Assembly (NCBI GenBank): GCA_963752255.1
Contig: CAVVXT010000019.1
Location: 160,001-224,000, forward strand
Length of the DNA stretch: 64,000 nucleotides
Direction of reading: 5' to 3'
Source of the DNA: Nitrososphaeria archaeon
Lineage (GTDB): Archaea; Thermoproteota; Nitrososphaeria; JACIWG01
The translations under genes were made by a program, and so were the position numbers. Every line of letters starts with the position of its first letter. Within the stretch, counting starts at the first letter, position 1. Positions 37,696 to 48,311 of the stretch are shown here, piece after piece. The notes beneath the pieces are model-generated. The model was not told the origin of the DNA, did not search any database, and saw only the letters and a list, made by a program, of their open reading frames with translations.

Positions 37696-38248
37696 TTACG
37701 GAAGAAGGACTGCGGCAGAAATTACGGTCGTCCAATAACCATCTTTGTTGCCTTCAGCCGATTGTGTGACGTTCGATGTCTTAACTATCTTACCTGATAT
37801 AAGCCACTGTTCTTTTTGCACATCGTAGCTCTTGTCGGGGTTGAATTCGAGACCCAATGTCGATGCAAGCATATATGCAGCGAGGTCTTCTGCGTATTCA
37901 CCGCTTTTTTCACCTGTCATGCCAAATGAATGGAATTCAGAAAGATAGCCGTACATCTTCTTATCATTTGGGATAGCAGAGCCCACAGACGCTGAAATAA
38001 GGCGGTTAGGTTCGTTAGTCTCGTTTCTACTGATTACGACGAAGATTATTTGACCGGGCGATATGTACTTTAATACTTCCTTTTTAGAAATCCTCCTAGC
38101 CTTAGGAGGTATTATACTGGACACCGAAACCAAGTTACACTGCTGAATGCCTGCATCACGTAAAGCAAGCTCAAAACTTGCCTAGTCTATCCCTGTGTAC
38201 ACCAACCCCATTTGTCAAAAAATACTTTGTTGGAATAAATGTTGACAT
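37696..38248 (-). CDS. pdaD: Pyruvoyl-dependent arginine decarboxylase, frameshift near 38181
   Basis: N-terminus [18 protein letters not shown]...[23 protein letters not shown] (Ser-Ser cleavage site) and YGYLSEFH. Confidence 0.88.
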
Positions 38249-38344
38249 TTCCTTGTTTTGAGATAAAAAATTGGCGTATTTAAATATAATGTGTAAAAAA
38301 ACAATCTAACTTGAAAATAGAAAAAAAAGGGAAATTACGCCATA

Positions 38345-38686
38345 TTACGGGCTTCCTTGCATCAGCCAAAAAACGTTTCCATCGAGATCGTCTATCTTAG
38401 CATAGGTGCCCCAGTCTTCCTTAGTTACATCTTTACTGAATTTCACATTCTTACTCTTGAGCATTTTGGATTCCTTTGAGATGTCATCGCAGTAGAAAGC
38501 TATCCCTGTGTTACCTGGCTCGAGTTCACCTTGGCAAAGATGCAATTTTGTAGTACAACCCCTTGGCCATACTGTAATCCAATGTTCTTCGATGGAAGAA
38601 CTGAAGCCGAATTTCTCCTTGAACCATTGAGCGGATTTCTTTGCATCCGAAACCATTACCGCAACACTAAGATTTTTCTTTATCAC
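38345..38686 (-). CDS. VOC/glyoxalase family protein
   Basis: V.VSD...S..WF....GF, IAFYCDD and WG.YA...D.DGN motifs. Confidence 0.88.
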   Translation of the reverse strand: MIKKNLSVAVMVSDAKKSAQWFKEKFGFSSSIEEHWITVWPRGCTTKLHLCQGELEPGNTGIAFYCDDISKESKMLKSKNVKFSKDVTKEDWGTYAKIDDLDGNVFWLMQGSP

Positions 38687-38880
38687 GATTTACCACCATA
38701 AGTAATAATCTTAAGGTATCTTAATAACTTTTATCTTATTACTTTTTAAAATGTTAAAAGGTTGGAATTAAATATTTTGGAAATGAATCAAATGGGAAGA
38801 TAAATTAAGGAGACAGTATCGACAATCTAACAAAAAAATAGATTTAAAGGGTTTTAGGAGCCCAAATCACTAAAAAAGCT

Positions 38881-39858
38881 TTAATCAATACAGGTTTTGA
38901 ATAGATCATTAGGATTGTATGGCAGAAAAAAACCCGAGTTAATTGAAGGATAATGTATCCTGAATGAGCTGCCACAATAGGAGAGAGACAAAGGAGCATC
39001 TATCATTTCATACTTTAATCCGTTAACCAGCATTATCGTCGTAGTCGAACTAGGTAGGTAATCCACAGTAAAACCCGAATTATTAGACGCCAGAGGCGAA
39101 ACAGTCACCAGAGTAGTGTTCACACGGTTATTCATAACTATCATATAGTAAGGAAAGCTACCAATTGTTCCAAACCTATTTTCAATAGTAGCATACGAGT
39201 TAGTAAAGGTCAATCTTCCGAAATCCGCCAAAGTTGAGATTCTATTATTTAAAGTAGGTCTTTCCACTACCCATTCTGCAGAGAGCATAGAAGAATTATA
39301 GAAAAGGTTCTTTTCAAACGTTTCCCCTGTGGTGATATCCTTTAATTGAATTAACCAGCCGTTTGTATTAGGATCAAGCAGTCTTATTGAGGCGGAAATT
39401 TTGTCTCCATCTGATATATTCATTGCAGTAATTGTTCTTGAATAATCGGGTAATACTTCAAACCATGACGAGTAGACTTCACTTCCATCTACGGAATCTT
39501 GTTCAGTGCCCACCTGAATAAGCGTTTCATCTAAAAGTCCACCTATTCCTATCCAAGCAGCACTAAAAGTATTTCCTCGCGAAATTTTAACTTTTGGAAC
39601 CATCCAAGATCCATTTACCCCTGACACTATAGGTTTAGGATTCTTGTAATCCGAAACAACAGCATAGCCACCCCAGTCTAAGCTGGGCAGCTGTCTATTT
39701 GGTATGTTTACAGATGAATTTAGGAAAAGCAAGCTTGAAGATATAATAATGATAATTATCAAAACTATTGATAATCCAACCTTAATAGTTCTGTAACTTC
39801 TTTGACCCTCCTGAAAAACACCTTGTCCTATCATACAAGTCGCAAACATTATTTTCAA
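38881..39858 (-). CDS. Family G1 glutamic endopeptidase (eqolisin-like), secreted or anchored
   Basis: N-terminal TM, WGGYAV, SAAWIGIGG, LIQVGTEQ (catalytic Gln) and SAEWVVERP (catalytic Glu). Confidence 0.85.
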   Translation of the reverse strand: MKIMFATCMIGQGVFQEGQRSYRTIKVGLSIVLIIIIIISSSLLFLNSSVNIPNRQLPSLDWGGYAVVSDYKNPKPIVSGVNGSWMVPKVKISRGNTFSAAWIGIGGLLDETLIQVGTEQDSVDGSEVYSSWFEVLPDYSRTITAMNISDGDKISASIRLLDPNTNGWLIQLKDITTGETFEKNLFYNSSMLSAEWVVERPTLNNRISTLADFGRLTFTNSYATIENRFGTIGSFPYYMIVMNNRVNTTLVTVSPLASNNSGFTVDYLPSSTTTIMLVNGLKYEMIDAPLSLSYCGSSFRIHYPSINSGFFLPYNPNDLFKTCID

Positions 39859-40026
39859 TTTATAATCTTTTATATATATTAGATTCCTTCCACATCCATT
39901 CGCCTTTTATTTTTTTTAATTATATTTCTTTTTTTCGTTGTCTTCTGGATTAAGACATCTTTTAAGATTGCAAATATATCGGTCCAAACGATAGACCTAT
40001 ATACATCCGCATTAAATGGCTCTAAC

Positions 40027-40311
40027 ATGGCATTGGATCCTTTAGAGATTGCTGTAATTGTAGGTGCTTTAGCTGTTTTCCTAATCTGGGGGCCGAATAA
40101 AATACCTCAACTCGCACGCTCACTTGGCATGGCTCAGAGGGAGTTTAAGAAAGCCCAATCCGGTGTGGAAGAAGTGGCCAAGAATGTCATGGAAACGAGT
40201 AATTATACCGACGACAAGCTTTTAGAGGTTGCTCACAGTCTAGGAATAAATACCGAGGGAAAAACTAAGGATCAAGTAGCGAATGAAATCGTCGCCAAAA
40301 AGCTGGCCTAG
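40027..40311 (+). CDS. tatA: Twin-arginine translocase TatA
   Basis: TM segment plus WGPNKIPQLARSLG...REFKKA. Confidence 0.92.
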   Translation: MALDPLEIAVIVGALAVFLIWGPNKIPQLARSLGMAQREFKKAQSGVEEVAKNVMETSNYTDDKLLEVAHSLGINTEGKTKDQVANEIVAKKLA

Positions 40312-40360
40312 ATTTCAGGGTTTATAAAGACTCACCGGCGAGGATAATGTAGGGACCACA

Positions 40361-41266
40361 TTGGAGAATAAGGATAAGAAGCTTACTATTTGGCAACATA
40401 TTGAAGAGTTAAAGCAAAGACTTAAGGTAGTAGCTATTGTACTTGCTGTGAGCACAGCTTTTTTTCTGCTGTTTCCAGCGAATCCTATGGATCTATTAGA
40501 TCTTAAGCTTTTGATGGGTGGATTCTATAGGCCAATGGTATCCTTTATACTAGTTTGGGTACAGGGCTACGTTGCGCCACATGGTCTTCAAATAATAAGC
40601 TTGGAGATTGGAGCCCCCCTTGAGATATATGCGTTTGCATCAGTCCTGCTCGGCCTGCTTGTGAGCTCCCCTGTAATAGGTTATGAAATTTACAAGTTTG
40701 TAGATCCTGCACTGTACCCCAATGAGCGTCAGGCCGTGTACCCCTTTGTGATAGGTTTTACATTACTCTTTACATTAGGCTCCGCCTTTGGGTTGTTTAT
40801 ACTCGCACCATTCGTTGCTTACACTTTGATCTTATTCTCATCATTCGTTGGTTCCCAACCTGTTATCTCTGTATTCGATTTCTATTCTATGATCTTCACC
40901 ACAGTTGGCTTCAGCGGATTCGGCTTTACATTCTCGCTCGTCTTTATACTGTTGGTTAGATTAGGAATACTCAAAACATCAATAGTGACCAAAAACAGGC
41001 GGTACTTCTACCTAGCTGTTTACATAATCACGGCAGTTATTACCCCTGACGGTGGGCCTTTAGCTGATCTTGCTCTCTTCGTCCCGATACTGTTTCTTTG
41101 GGAGATTTCAATAGTAATCGCAAAGAGGTACGAGAAGCAGCGAGAAGCAACGCAGACGGCTGGTGAGACCCCAGCAACTGCGACGACCAACAAGTGTAAA
41201 TTCTGTGGACATGGCCTCGAACCATCCGAGACGTTCTGCCCTAAATGTGGCAAGTCACAACTATAG
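40361..41266 (+). CDS. tatC: Twin-arginine translocase TatC with C-terminal zinc ribbon
   Basis: HIEELKQRL, FVDPALYPNER and AVITPDG motifs; C-terminal CKFCG...FCPKCG. Confidence 0.92.
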   Translation: MENKDKKLTIWQHIEELKQRLKVVAIVLAVSTAFFLLFPANPMDLLDLKLLMGGFYRPMVSFILVWVQGYVAPHGLQIISLEIGAPLEIYAFASVLLGLLVSSPVIGYEIYKFVDPALYPNERQAVYPFVIGFTLLFTLGSAFGLFILAPFVAYTLILFSSFVGSQPVISVFDFYSMIFTTVGFSGFGFTFSLVFILLVRLGILKTSIVTKNRRYFYLAVYIITAVITPDGGPLADLALFVPILFLWEISIVIAKRYEKQREATQTAGETPATATTNKCKFCGHGLEPSETFCPKCGKSQL

Positions 41267-41528
41267 TGGTAGCTAGCTTGCGCCCTATTCCCAGAGAAAA
41301 CACTTTACCCGCTGGAATGGCCTCCATTTTTGAACATTCCTTGTACAATCCTGTCCTTCTGTTATATTTCGAACTAAAATGCACCTTTCCCCATAATCTT
41401 TCCTATTTACATCCGTACAAATTTTATGATAAGCCATTGGTAGCAGACGGCTTTCACACGTCTAATCGAAATTAGAGCTAACAATGCTCTATTCAGTGGC
41501 AGCCTAGGTTCGAAAAATCAAAATTTAG

Positions 41529-41602
41529 CGGGCCAGGTCGGACTTGAACCGACGACCTAATCCGTGTGAAGGATTCGTCCTACCAGTCTAGACCACTGGC
41601 CC
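41529..41602 (-). tRNA. tRNA-Val(CAC)
   Basis: Reverse complement GGGCCAG-TG-GTCTAGACTGGTAGGAC-G-AATCC-TTCACAC-GGATT-AGGTC-GTCGG-TTCAAGT-CCGAC-CTGGCCC-G. Confidence 0.92.
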
Positions 41603-41615
41603 AAAACTTCTTATT

Positions 41616-41783
41616 CTACTTCTTTGGCCCAACATGTCTATTCTTTAGTCTAAGGTCTTTTGAACCACACTTTCTGCATCTTTCAGCGCGTATATTGTTC
41701 TTAGACCCGCACTTAAGACATATTCTGAAGAAAAGACGCCTCTTCTGAGCTATCTGTTTTTTGGTAGCATCTGTAATTGGCAT
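41616..41783 (-). CDS. rpl40e: 50S ribosomal protein L40e
   Basis: Manual translation MPITDATKKQIAQKRRLFFRICLKCGSKNNIRAERCRKCGSKDLRLKNRHVGPKK*. Confidence 0.92.
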   Translation of the reverse strand: MPITDATKKQIAQKRRLFFRICLKCGSKNNIRAERCRKCGSKDLRLKNRHVGPKK

Positions 41784-42058
41784 ACAGCACCGTCCACTAG
41801 AGGAATAACTTAATACTTTTTATCTTTTCTTATCGGACCCTTATCATATCCGATGAGCTAGAAATACATATGATCGCAGACATCATGTCTAAAGCGCTTA
41901 AATAATAAGCGATGGATTCTCGTTTTGTGCTGCTATATATATTTAATAAAAGACCTTAAAATGCTTTTTCTTGCACATTTTAGTGAAGATAATTTTAAAA
42001 GCATAATGTATATAAGTAAATGATTTACTTTCCTTGCGTTGAACTACGGCGATTCAAA

Positions 42059-42334
42059 ATGTCAGACACTGGTACGGTATTAATAGGCAAAAAGCCAGTA
42101 ATGAACTATGTTTTAGCCTGCTTGACATTGCTCCAAAATGGTTCTTCATCGATAACATTAAAGGCAAGAGGTCGCGCTATCTCCAAAGCGGTCGATACAG
42201 CTCAGATTCTTATGAAGAGATTTGCAACAGAAGTTAAAGTAAAAACCATAGCCATTGATACAGAGCAGGTTAAGAACATCGAAACTGGTACAATGAGCAA
42301 CGTAAGCTCAATACTTATCGAAGTTGGTAAGTAA
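42059..42334 (+). CDS. albA: DNA/RNA-binding protein Alba
   Basis: IGKKPVMNYVLA, KARGRAISKAVD and VSSI.I motifs. Confidence 0.95.
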   Translation: MSDTGTVLIGKKPVMNYVLACLTLLQNGSSSITLKARGRAISKAVDTAQILMKRFATEVKVKTIAIDTEQVKNIETGTMSNVSSILIEVGK

Positions 42335-42395
42335 ATTGGGTGGCCAACCCACTTTTTCTTTTTGAATCAAAAATTTTATTACCATAACAAAAGTA

Positions 42396-42932
42396 GTGTT
42401 AATGGCTATATGTTTGAAAGCGCCGATCTGTAATTTTTGTGCGAAAACAGGAGTTTTATGCCCGGAGGACAGTAGGAGGTTAAAGAATGGGCAGATTACT
42501 GAATTAGATGTAGAATCATCGGTTAAACTTACCAAGTTAGTTGAAAAAGATAAGGTTATGGATAAATTGACTTTTGTTAAGGCACTCGAATCCGATGGTG
42601 ATATTATACTTCTATTTGGCAGCGGTAATCTAAAACTGTTAAGGGCAAACCCACAGACTATAAACAACATAAACAAACTTTTTAACAAAAAGGTCTGGCT
42701 TTTTGAAGCGGACGCAACTGACAGGACGCTGATGGAAGAAGCATTTTTTCCTGTCCGCATTCTAACGGTCAATGTTGTTTGGCTACCCGACGGCAGCAAG
42801 CTCACCAAGGTCATAATACCAGAAAGTAGGGGAACAGAAGGGGGAGTCGACGAAAAGGCGATCAAAAGGATATTAAAAACGCTGAAAGGATTGGACGTAA
42901 TGATCGAATATGAGCGCAGATTTCCACAATAG
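42396..42932 (+). CDS. NusA-like KH-domain protein with N-terminal Cys cluster
   Basis: PICNFCAKTGVLCP, G.IT..DV, and P.RILTVN.VWLPDGS pattern. Confidence 0.7.
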   Translation: MLMAICLKAPICNFCAKTGVLCPEDSRRLKNGQITELDVESSVKLTKLVEKDKVMDKLTFVKALESDGDIILLFGSGNLKLLRANPQTINNINKLFNKKVWLFEADATDRTLMEEAFFPVRILTVNVVWLPDGSKLTKVIIPESRGTEGGVDEKAIKRILKTLKGLDVMIEYERRFPQ

Positions 42933-44209
42933 GTACTTTGCGAAAGAAATCTTAAGCATGGAGGAGGATAAATCTTGTCTTCTGAGAGGATGGGTAGAGG
43001 ACATACGTCCCCTTGGGAAGATAGCCTTCTTCACTATACGAGACACGACAGGACTCGCTCAGGTCGTGATAAACAAGAATGTTGTAGGGGAGGAAACATT
43101 TAATCTGGCAATGAGTGTAAGTAGGCAGAGTATTATAGAAGTTGATGGCAAAGTAAAAAAGAGTAGGTCAGAAAACATACCGAAGGAAGTCTTAGCTGAG
43201 AAATTCAGAGTCCTTTCTTAGATCAAATCCGCCTTTCCCGATCGACCCAACGGGAAGAGTCTTTTCAAGTTTAGATAAGAGACTTGATGCAAGAGCTTTA
43301 GATCTAAGGAACCCAAGAACCGCGGCGATATTTAAGATAAGAGATACACTTCTAAAATCTATAAGAAAAACATTCGCTGATCTTAAGTTTATTGAGGTCA
43401 ACACTCCGAAGCTTATTGGACAAGCAGCCGAAGGTGGGGCTGACCTTTTCACTTTACCATACTTTGGTAGAAAAGCTTACCTAGCACAAAGTCCTCAACT
43501 GTATAAGGAACAGTTGACCATGTCTCTCGAGAGGGTCTTCGAAATGGGACAATATTTTAGAGCTGAAAAATCCCACACCTTAAGGCATGTCTGCGAATTC
43601 ACGAGCTTAGACATGGAGTCCGCCTACATCGACGAGTTCGATGCTATGTTTATCGCAGAAGAAGTCGTGTGCAACACAATAGAAGATGTACGTAAAGAAG
43701 ATGCTGATAGGCTTAAGATTTTGGGAATAAAGTTACCTGATATCTCTAGACCGTTTAAAAGGCTAACGTATTCAGAGGCAATAGATATGCTTAAGGAGAA
43801 GAGTAGACTAGAATTTGGTGACGATCTTGAAACAAGGGACCTAAGAAAGCTTGGTAGAATCTATAAAGGATTCTATTTCATATATGACTGGCCTGTTTCA
43901 ATAAAGCCTTTCTATATAGAGAAGAGAGATGACAGAATTTCTAAATCATTCGATTTGATGCATGGCTATCTAGAATTAGCGTCAGGAGGAAAGCGGGTCA
44001 GTGATAAAGATGAGCTGCAGAGGAGACTGCAAGAACAGGGGTTAAATCTTAAGGAGTTCGAGTCACATATCAACTCATTTGATTTTGGAATGCCTCCTCA
44101 CTCTGGATGGGGCCTTGGAGTCGATAGACTTCTCATGGTTATTACTGGGCAAAAGAACATCAGAGAAACAATACTCTATCCGCGTGACACTAATAGGCTA
44201 ACACCTTAG
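42910..44209 (+). CDS. aspS: Aspartyl-tRNA synthetase (archaeal type), frameshift near 43218
   Basis: OB-fold GWV..IR.LG, AEGGA, YLAQSPQLYK, FRAEKSHT.RH..EF and GMPPHSGWGLG.DR motifs. Confidence 0.93.
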
Positions 44210-44237
44210 GAAGCTGTTAAGTAAATTAAAGCTCAGT

Positions 44238-45429
44238 TTAAAGGGCTTTAAAGTTCTCGGTCCAAGTAATGTATGCGCGGAGCATATCAGGTGAGACGCT
44301 GGGCCTCCGAAACCTCAGGACTTCCTTGAAATCTATCATCCTGATTTCCCTCGTCTGAGAGCCTTTATCGACAGCTGCCCCCGAATCGAAAAGTTCTGAT
44401 ACAACCCTAAGTTGCACCGACTGGCACATGTCCCTGATATCGCTGCCGGAGTAACCTTCAGTCAGCTTTGCAAGCTGGTTAAGATCGACAGACTGGTCAA
44501 GTTTCAACGGAGCAGTATAAAGTTTGAACATTTCAAGCCTAGCTTTAAGGTCTGGCAGCGGAACGTAGATTCTTTTCTGAAAACGTCTAAGGAAAGGAGA
44601 GTCAAGCGACCAAGGTTTATTTGTCGCCCCTATAACGTAAAGTTGTAAAGATGTACCCTTATCCATGATTCCATCCATTTCCTTAAGGAACTGGTTTCTA
44701 ACTCTTATTTCACCGCCCACCTCTTGGCTCCTTGCACCGAGAAGAGAATCAAGCTCGTCTATAAATATCATTACTGGACCGTTGTCTTCAAGAAGTTTCC
44801 TAGAGTAGTTAAAGAGCTTTGAGACATTCTTTTCCGCTTCACCGAGCCATTTTGACATTATCGATGCGGCATCGACTGTAATGAAGTATCCATCTATCTC
44901 ACTTGCTGCAGCTGCAGCGAGCATTGTCTTACCGCAGCCTGGAGGCCCGTAAAAGAGCATGCCACGAGGCCACCCAAGAGGAAACAGGTCGGGTCTCTTT
45001 ACCGGGAAGATTATCGACTCCCTTATAGCCCTCTTAGCATCCTCTAACCCTATCACTTCTTCCCATTTTACGTCCGGTTTCTCCTTCATTACAAGCTCGT
45101 CAAAGGTCGCCTTCAGGGTCTCAACAGATCTTGTAGACCGAACGGGTGAACCTACAGACGCTTCTCCGGTCGCGGATTCTTCGGCTGGAGTAACACCCCT
45201 CGTAGTCTGCAAAGCCTTTACACGCTCCTGATACGCCGCAGCACGTTCAAGGTACATTCTATTCAACTTATAGTCGGGATACAGCTGCGCAGAGTTTAAT
45301 CAGAGTAGCGATAGCCTTTTGATAATAGCTTATGGCAGCACCATACGAGCCCTGAGAATCCATTCTTATGGCTTGAGATGCATAATTATATGCAGAAGAC
45401 TCCAGCTCCTTTGCTGCTACGTTGCTCAA
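44238..45429 (-). CDS. cdvC: Cell-division AAA+ ATPase CdvC/Vps4, frameshift near 45291
   Basis: MIT domain (MSNVAAKELE..A..YASQAIRMD.QG..) from TTG 45429 joins the ORF carrying GPPGCGKT, IFIDELD, ATNKPW and RRFQKR. Confidence 0.9.
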
Positions 45430-45431
45430 AA

Positions 45432-46277
45432 CTATTCGACCACCTCAGCATGAATCTTTCCATACGACGCAAGGCGGAATATGGACTGCTCTATCTTATC
45501 CACTGGAACACCTAGACTTGTAGCAATCTCTATAACATTATAAGTGTTTTTCACGTTGATGTAGTCAAGAACCTTGTCATCAAGGTTAGCCTGCTCCAGT
45601 GTCGGCCTTGGGGCCTTTAAAAGAGTAGCCTTAAAAGGCTCTTCTTCATCCTCTCCAGACGCTAACAGGGCTATATTCTGGATTTTGTCCAGAGAATACT
45701 CGCCTGCGCTTGCCTGTATCGTCTCAGGAGCAGGTTCATCGAGTGCGCTTATCTTTTCTTCCACATACTTCTTAGCGGATTCTAATATCTCCTCCCCTTG
45801 ACTCACATCCAAGACAATAGAGCTTTCAGGACTCAGTTGACCAAGGCTCGACAGGGTGTCAGTAAGTACGTTGTTAACATCCTGCATAGTGTTTTCGAGC
45901 TGCGGCATAATTGTCTTTATTTCCTCTCCAATCTTCTTCACAACATCGAACGCAGATGAGACCTGAGCCACGACATCTCCTGTATCACAGATGCTTTCCA
46001 ACCTGATTACGATCTGGGTGAGAGCGAGTTCGCTCATTGTAACCACCTTTATAACGCGCTTCAGTTCGTTGTGTTCTGTAGCATAAACTTTAGCACGGAG
46101 CTTATCCTTTGCTTCCAGCGCATTAACCGTTAAGCCAAAAAGCTTTTCACGTCTGATTTCAAGACGCCTTTTTATCCCTTCAAGATCTTTGCGATAAATT
46201 TCAATAGACCTCATAGATTCTATAATACGTCCACGAACGGACTTATCCTCTTTTGTCCTCCAAATTCTCCAGTTCAA
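45432..46277 (-). CDS. cdvB: ESCRT-III/CdvB homolog with C-terminal winged helix
   Basis: Snf7 core (A.VYATE..EL......SELAL.QI..RLE...GD) plus a C-terminal wH (VLDYI....YNV.EIA..LGV). Confidence 0.8.
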   Translation of the reverse strand: MNWRIWRTKEDKSVRGRIIESMRSIEIYRKDLEGIKRRLEIRREKLFGLTVNALEAKDKLRAKVYATEHNELKRVIKVVTMSELALTQIVIRLESICDTGDVVAQVSSAFDVVKKIGEEIKTIMPQLENTMQDVNNVLTDTLSSLGQLSPESSIVLDVSQGEEILESAKKYVEEKISALDEPAPETIQASAGEYSLDKIQNIALLASGEDEEEPFKATLLKAPRPTLEQANLDDKVLDYINVKNTYNVIEIATSLGVPVDKIEQSIFRLASYGKIHAEVVE

Positions 46278-46367
46278 CTTCTTTTCACCAAAAAAATAAG
46301 ACGGGGGGGAAGACGGCTGCCCAAACCCTGTGATCGGGCTTAAGCAACTGTCTTCGACCTAAGGAAT

Positions 46368-47006
46368 CTAGGTGAAGGCTGACTCTGCTGTTGGAACACC
46401 AGTCGGTAGCTCTGGGAACCTTTCTTTCATTCTCTGTTCCGCTACAGCTGATGCTTCTGCAAGTATCTTCTCTGCGTCTTCGTTAGCTGCCTCAAAGTTC
46501 AATGATGCTCCACTTGTCTGACCTGCGTCAACCAGGATGCTGCTCAGTAAGCCACTGATTTCGTTGATTTCTCTTTCTGCTTCAGGTAGAACACTTATTA
46601 TTCCTGATTTGACGCTTCTAATCACCGACATAGCAGGAGCCAACGTCACTACAATGTCTCCGAGTTCCGTTACAGTGTTCAACCTTAGCACTATCTGCTC
46701 TAATGCAAGCCTTGAGGATGTGACCATCTTGTTCATTTTGCGAACTTCCGCAAGCTCGTTAGCGTATACGCTAGCATGCTGAGTGTCATGCTTCTGAATT
46801 GCCGTCACGACCTTGTTAAAAATAGCAGCGTCCCTTTCTTTTAGTTTAGTACAAGTAGCATCAAGCCTCGCAACCTGAGTCTGTATCGCACGAACCGCAT
46901 CTTCCAGCCTTGGCTTAAGAGGGCCAGAAGGCCTTATAGCTTCCTTTACCTTGTCCCCCATACCGGGTTTTTGTTCTCTTACCCATTTTTCTCCAAAGTT
47001 AGACAT
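46368..47006 (-). CDS. ESCRT-III/CdvB paralog (Snf7 family)
   Basis: YANELAEVRK, ALEQIVLRL.TV.ELGD.VV.L.PA and EA...L.EA......FPELP motifs. Confidence 0.88.
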   Translation of the reverse strand: MSNFGEKWVREQKPGMGDKVKEAIRPSGPLKPRLEDAVRAIQTQVARLDATCTKLKERDAAIFNKVVTAIQKHDTQHASVYANELAEVRKMNKMVTSSRLALEQIVLRLNTVTELGDIVVTLAPAMSVIRSVKSGIISVLPEAEREINEISGLLSSILVDAGQTSGASLNFEAANEDAEKILAEASAVAEQRMKERFPELPTGVPTAESAFT

Positions 47007-47079
47007 TTTTTACCACTGAGTCTTAAATCCATAACATTCCTCTATTATTCTATATGTTACCGAAGTAGCTGTAACAAAG

Positions 47080-48306
47080 GTGACAGCTGTGGCGGTGACA
47101 ATGATCGGAATAGGCGACGAAAACATATCCTTAGAGGAGTATGGGCTTAGTGAATACGAATCAAGGGTGTACGTTGCCCTGTTGAAAGTTGGACGAATGA
47201 AAATCAAAGACATCGCCATGAATTCTGGTGTGCCGAGGACAAAGGTCTACGGCGTCGCCAAAGCATTAGCGGGAAAAGGTGCCGTAGAGCTGGTAGGCAA
47301 AGATCCGGTGTACTGTGTGCCGGTAACTCCGGAAGAGGTCTTCATAAAAAGTTTGAATCATGAGAAGAGAAGGTTCAAGAAGATGGTTTTGACGTTCAAA
47401 AAGATACAGGAACTTCATAGGGAAACCCCACTCTTTGCTGACTTCGAAGAGAGAAAGTTCAAGGTCTATAACAGCCAAGCGTTTGAGAAAAGACTTAACG
47501 AAATCTTCCTAGACACTTCCAAAAGCATTTTCGCGTGCTTAAACTGGTGGGGCTTCAACATCATAGCGGCAAATGCTGAGGCGCTAAACAGCCTTTCTAA
47601 GGAAGTAGACATCAAGATAGTTATAGGGACATATAATGACGAGAAGACCCTGGAGAAATTTGATTCAAAAGTTGATATTAGGGTGACAGGAAAGAACATC
47701 GGCGTCAACGTCATCGTCTTCGATGACAAAACAACGGTTCTCCTTGACGAATCAGGTAAGATAACGGAGATAGAAGACAGGGAAGTGTGTAAACTCACAA
47801 AGGAGGTCGTTATCGATAGGTTCTTCAAGAGGTCCCTTGACTGGAAGAAGGCGTTCCAAATAACTCAGCTTGGTGGAGAGGACCTAATCAGCCTCTATTC
47901 AGGAGAAGAAAAGGTATACGACGCTTTCACCCAGGCCGTTGCGGAAACTGTCCTAGATGAGGAGAAACTCTACCAGATCGGCGAAAGATTTGTTGACAAC
48001 CTGACCACGATGCTACAGGTTGACCTGTTCGGTAAAGGCTTTGAAGTGCAACAGCCCATTCTATCGGCGCTCATGTCAGAGAACCTCGGACGAGACTCCA
48101 GTACAAGATATGATCCTCTCACAAGACTATATACTTTAGAAGCTCCGATGACTTCGAAGGGGCTACCTGCAACAATATGGCTCTTTGCTTTGGCAGGTGC
48201 GGCGAAGAGGAATGAGCTGACCTTCAAGATACTTCAGAGCACGAGCATTTCGGCTGAAGGAAAACATATTATTCAGGCGAAAATAGAAAAGAAACCCTTG
48301 TCGTAG
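47080..48306 (+). CDS. TrmB-family transcriptional regulator
   Basis: YGLSEYESRVYVALL...IA..SGVPRTKVY...L..KG HTH plus extended C-terminal domains. Confidence 0.85.
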   Translation: MTAVAVTMIGIGDENISLEEYGLSEYESRVYVALLKVGRMKIKDIAMNSGVPRTKVYGVAKALAGKGAVELVGKDPVYCVPVTPEEVFIKSLNHEKRRFKKMVLTFKKIQELHRETPLFADFEERKFKVYNSQAFEKRLNEIFLDTSKSIFACLNWWGFNIIAANAEALNSLSKEVDIKIVIGTYNDEKTLEKFDSKVDIRVTGKNIGVNVIVFDDKTTVLLDESGKITEIEDREVCKLTKEVVIDRFFKRSLDWKKAFQITQLGGEDLISLYSGEEKVYDAFTQAVAETVLDEEKLYQIGERFVDNLTTMLQVDLFGKGFEVQQPILSALMSENLGRDSSTRYDPLTRLYTLEAPMTSKGLPATIWLFALAGAAKRNELTFKILQSTSISAEGKHIIQAKIEKKPLS

Positions 48307-48311
48307 TATGC

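Noticed and set aside
47080-48306. Calling the gene beside cdvB a cdvA
   Set aside because: It has a clear TrmB HTH, lies on the opposite strand, and lacks the PRC-barrel/coiled-coil layout of CdvA.
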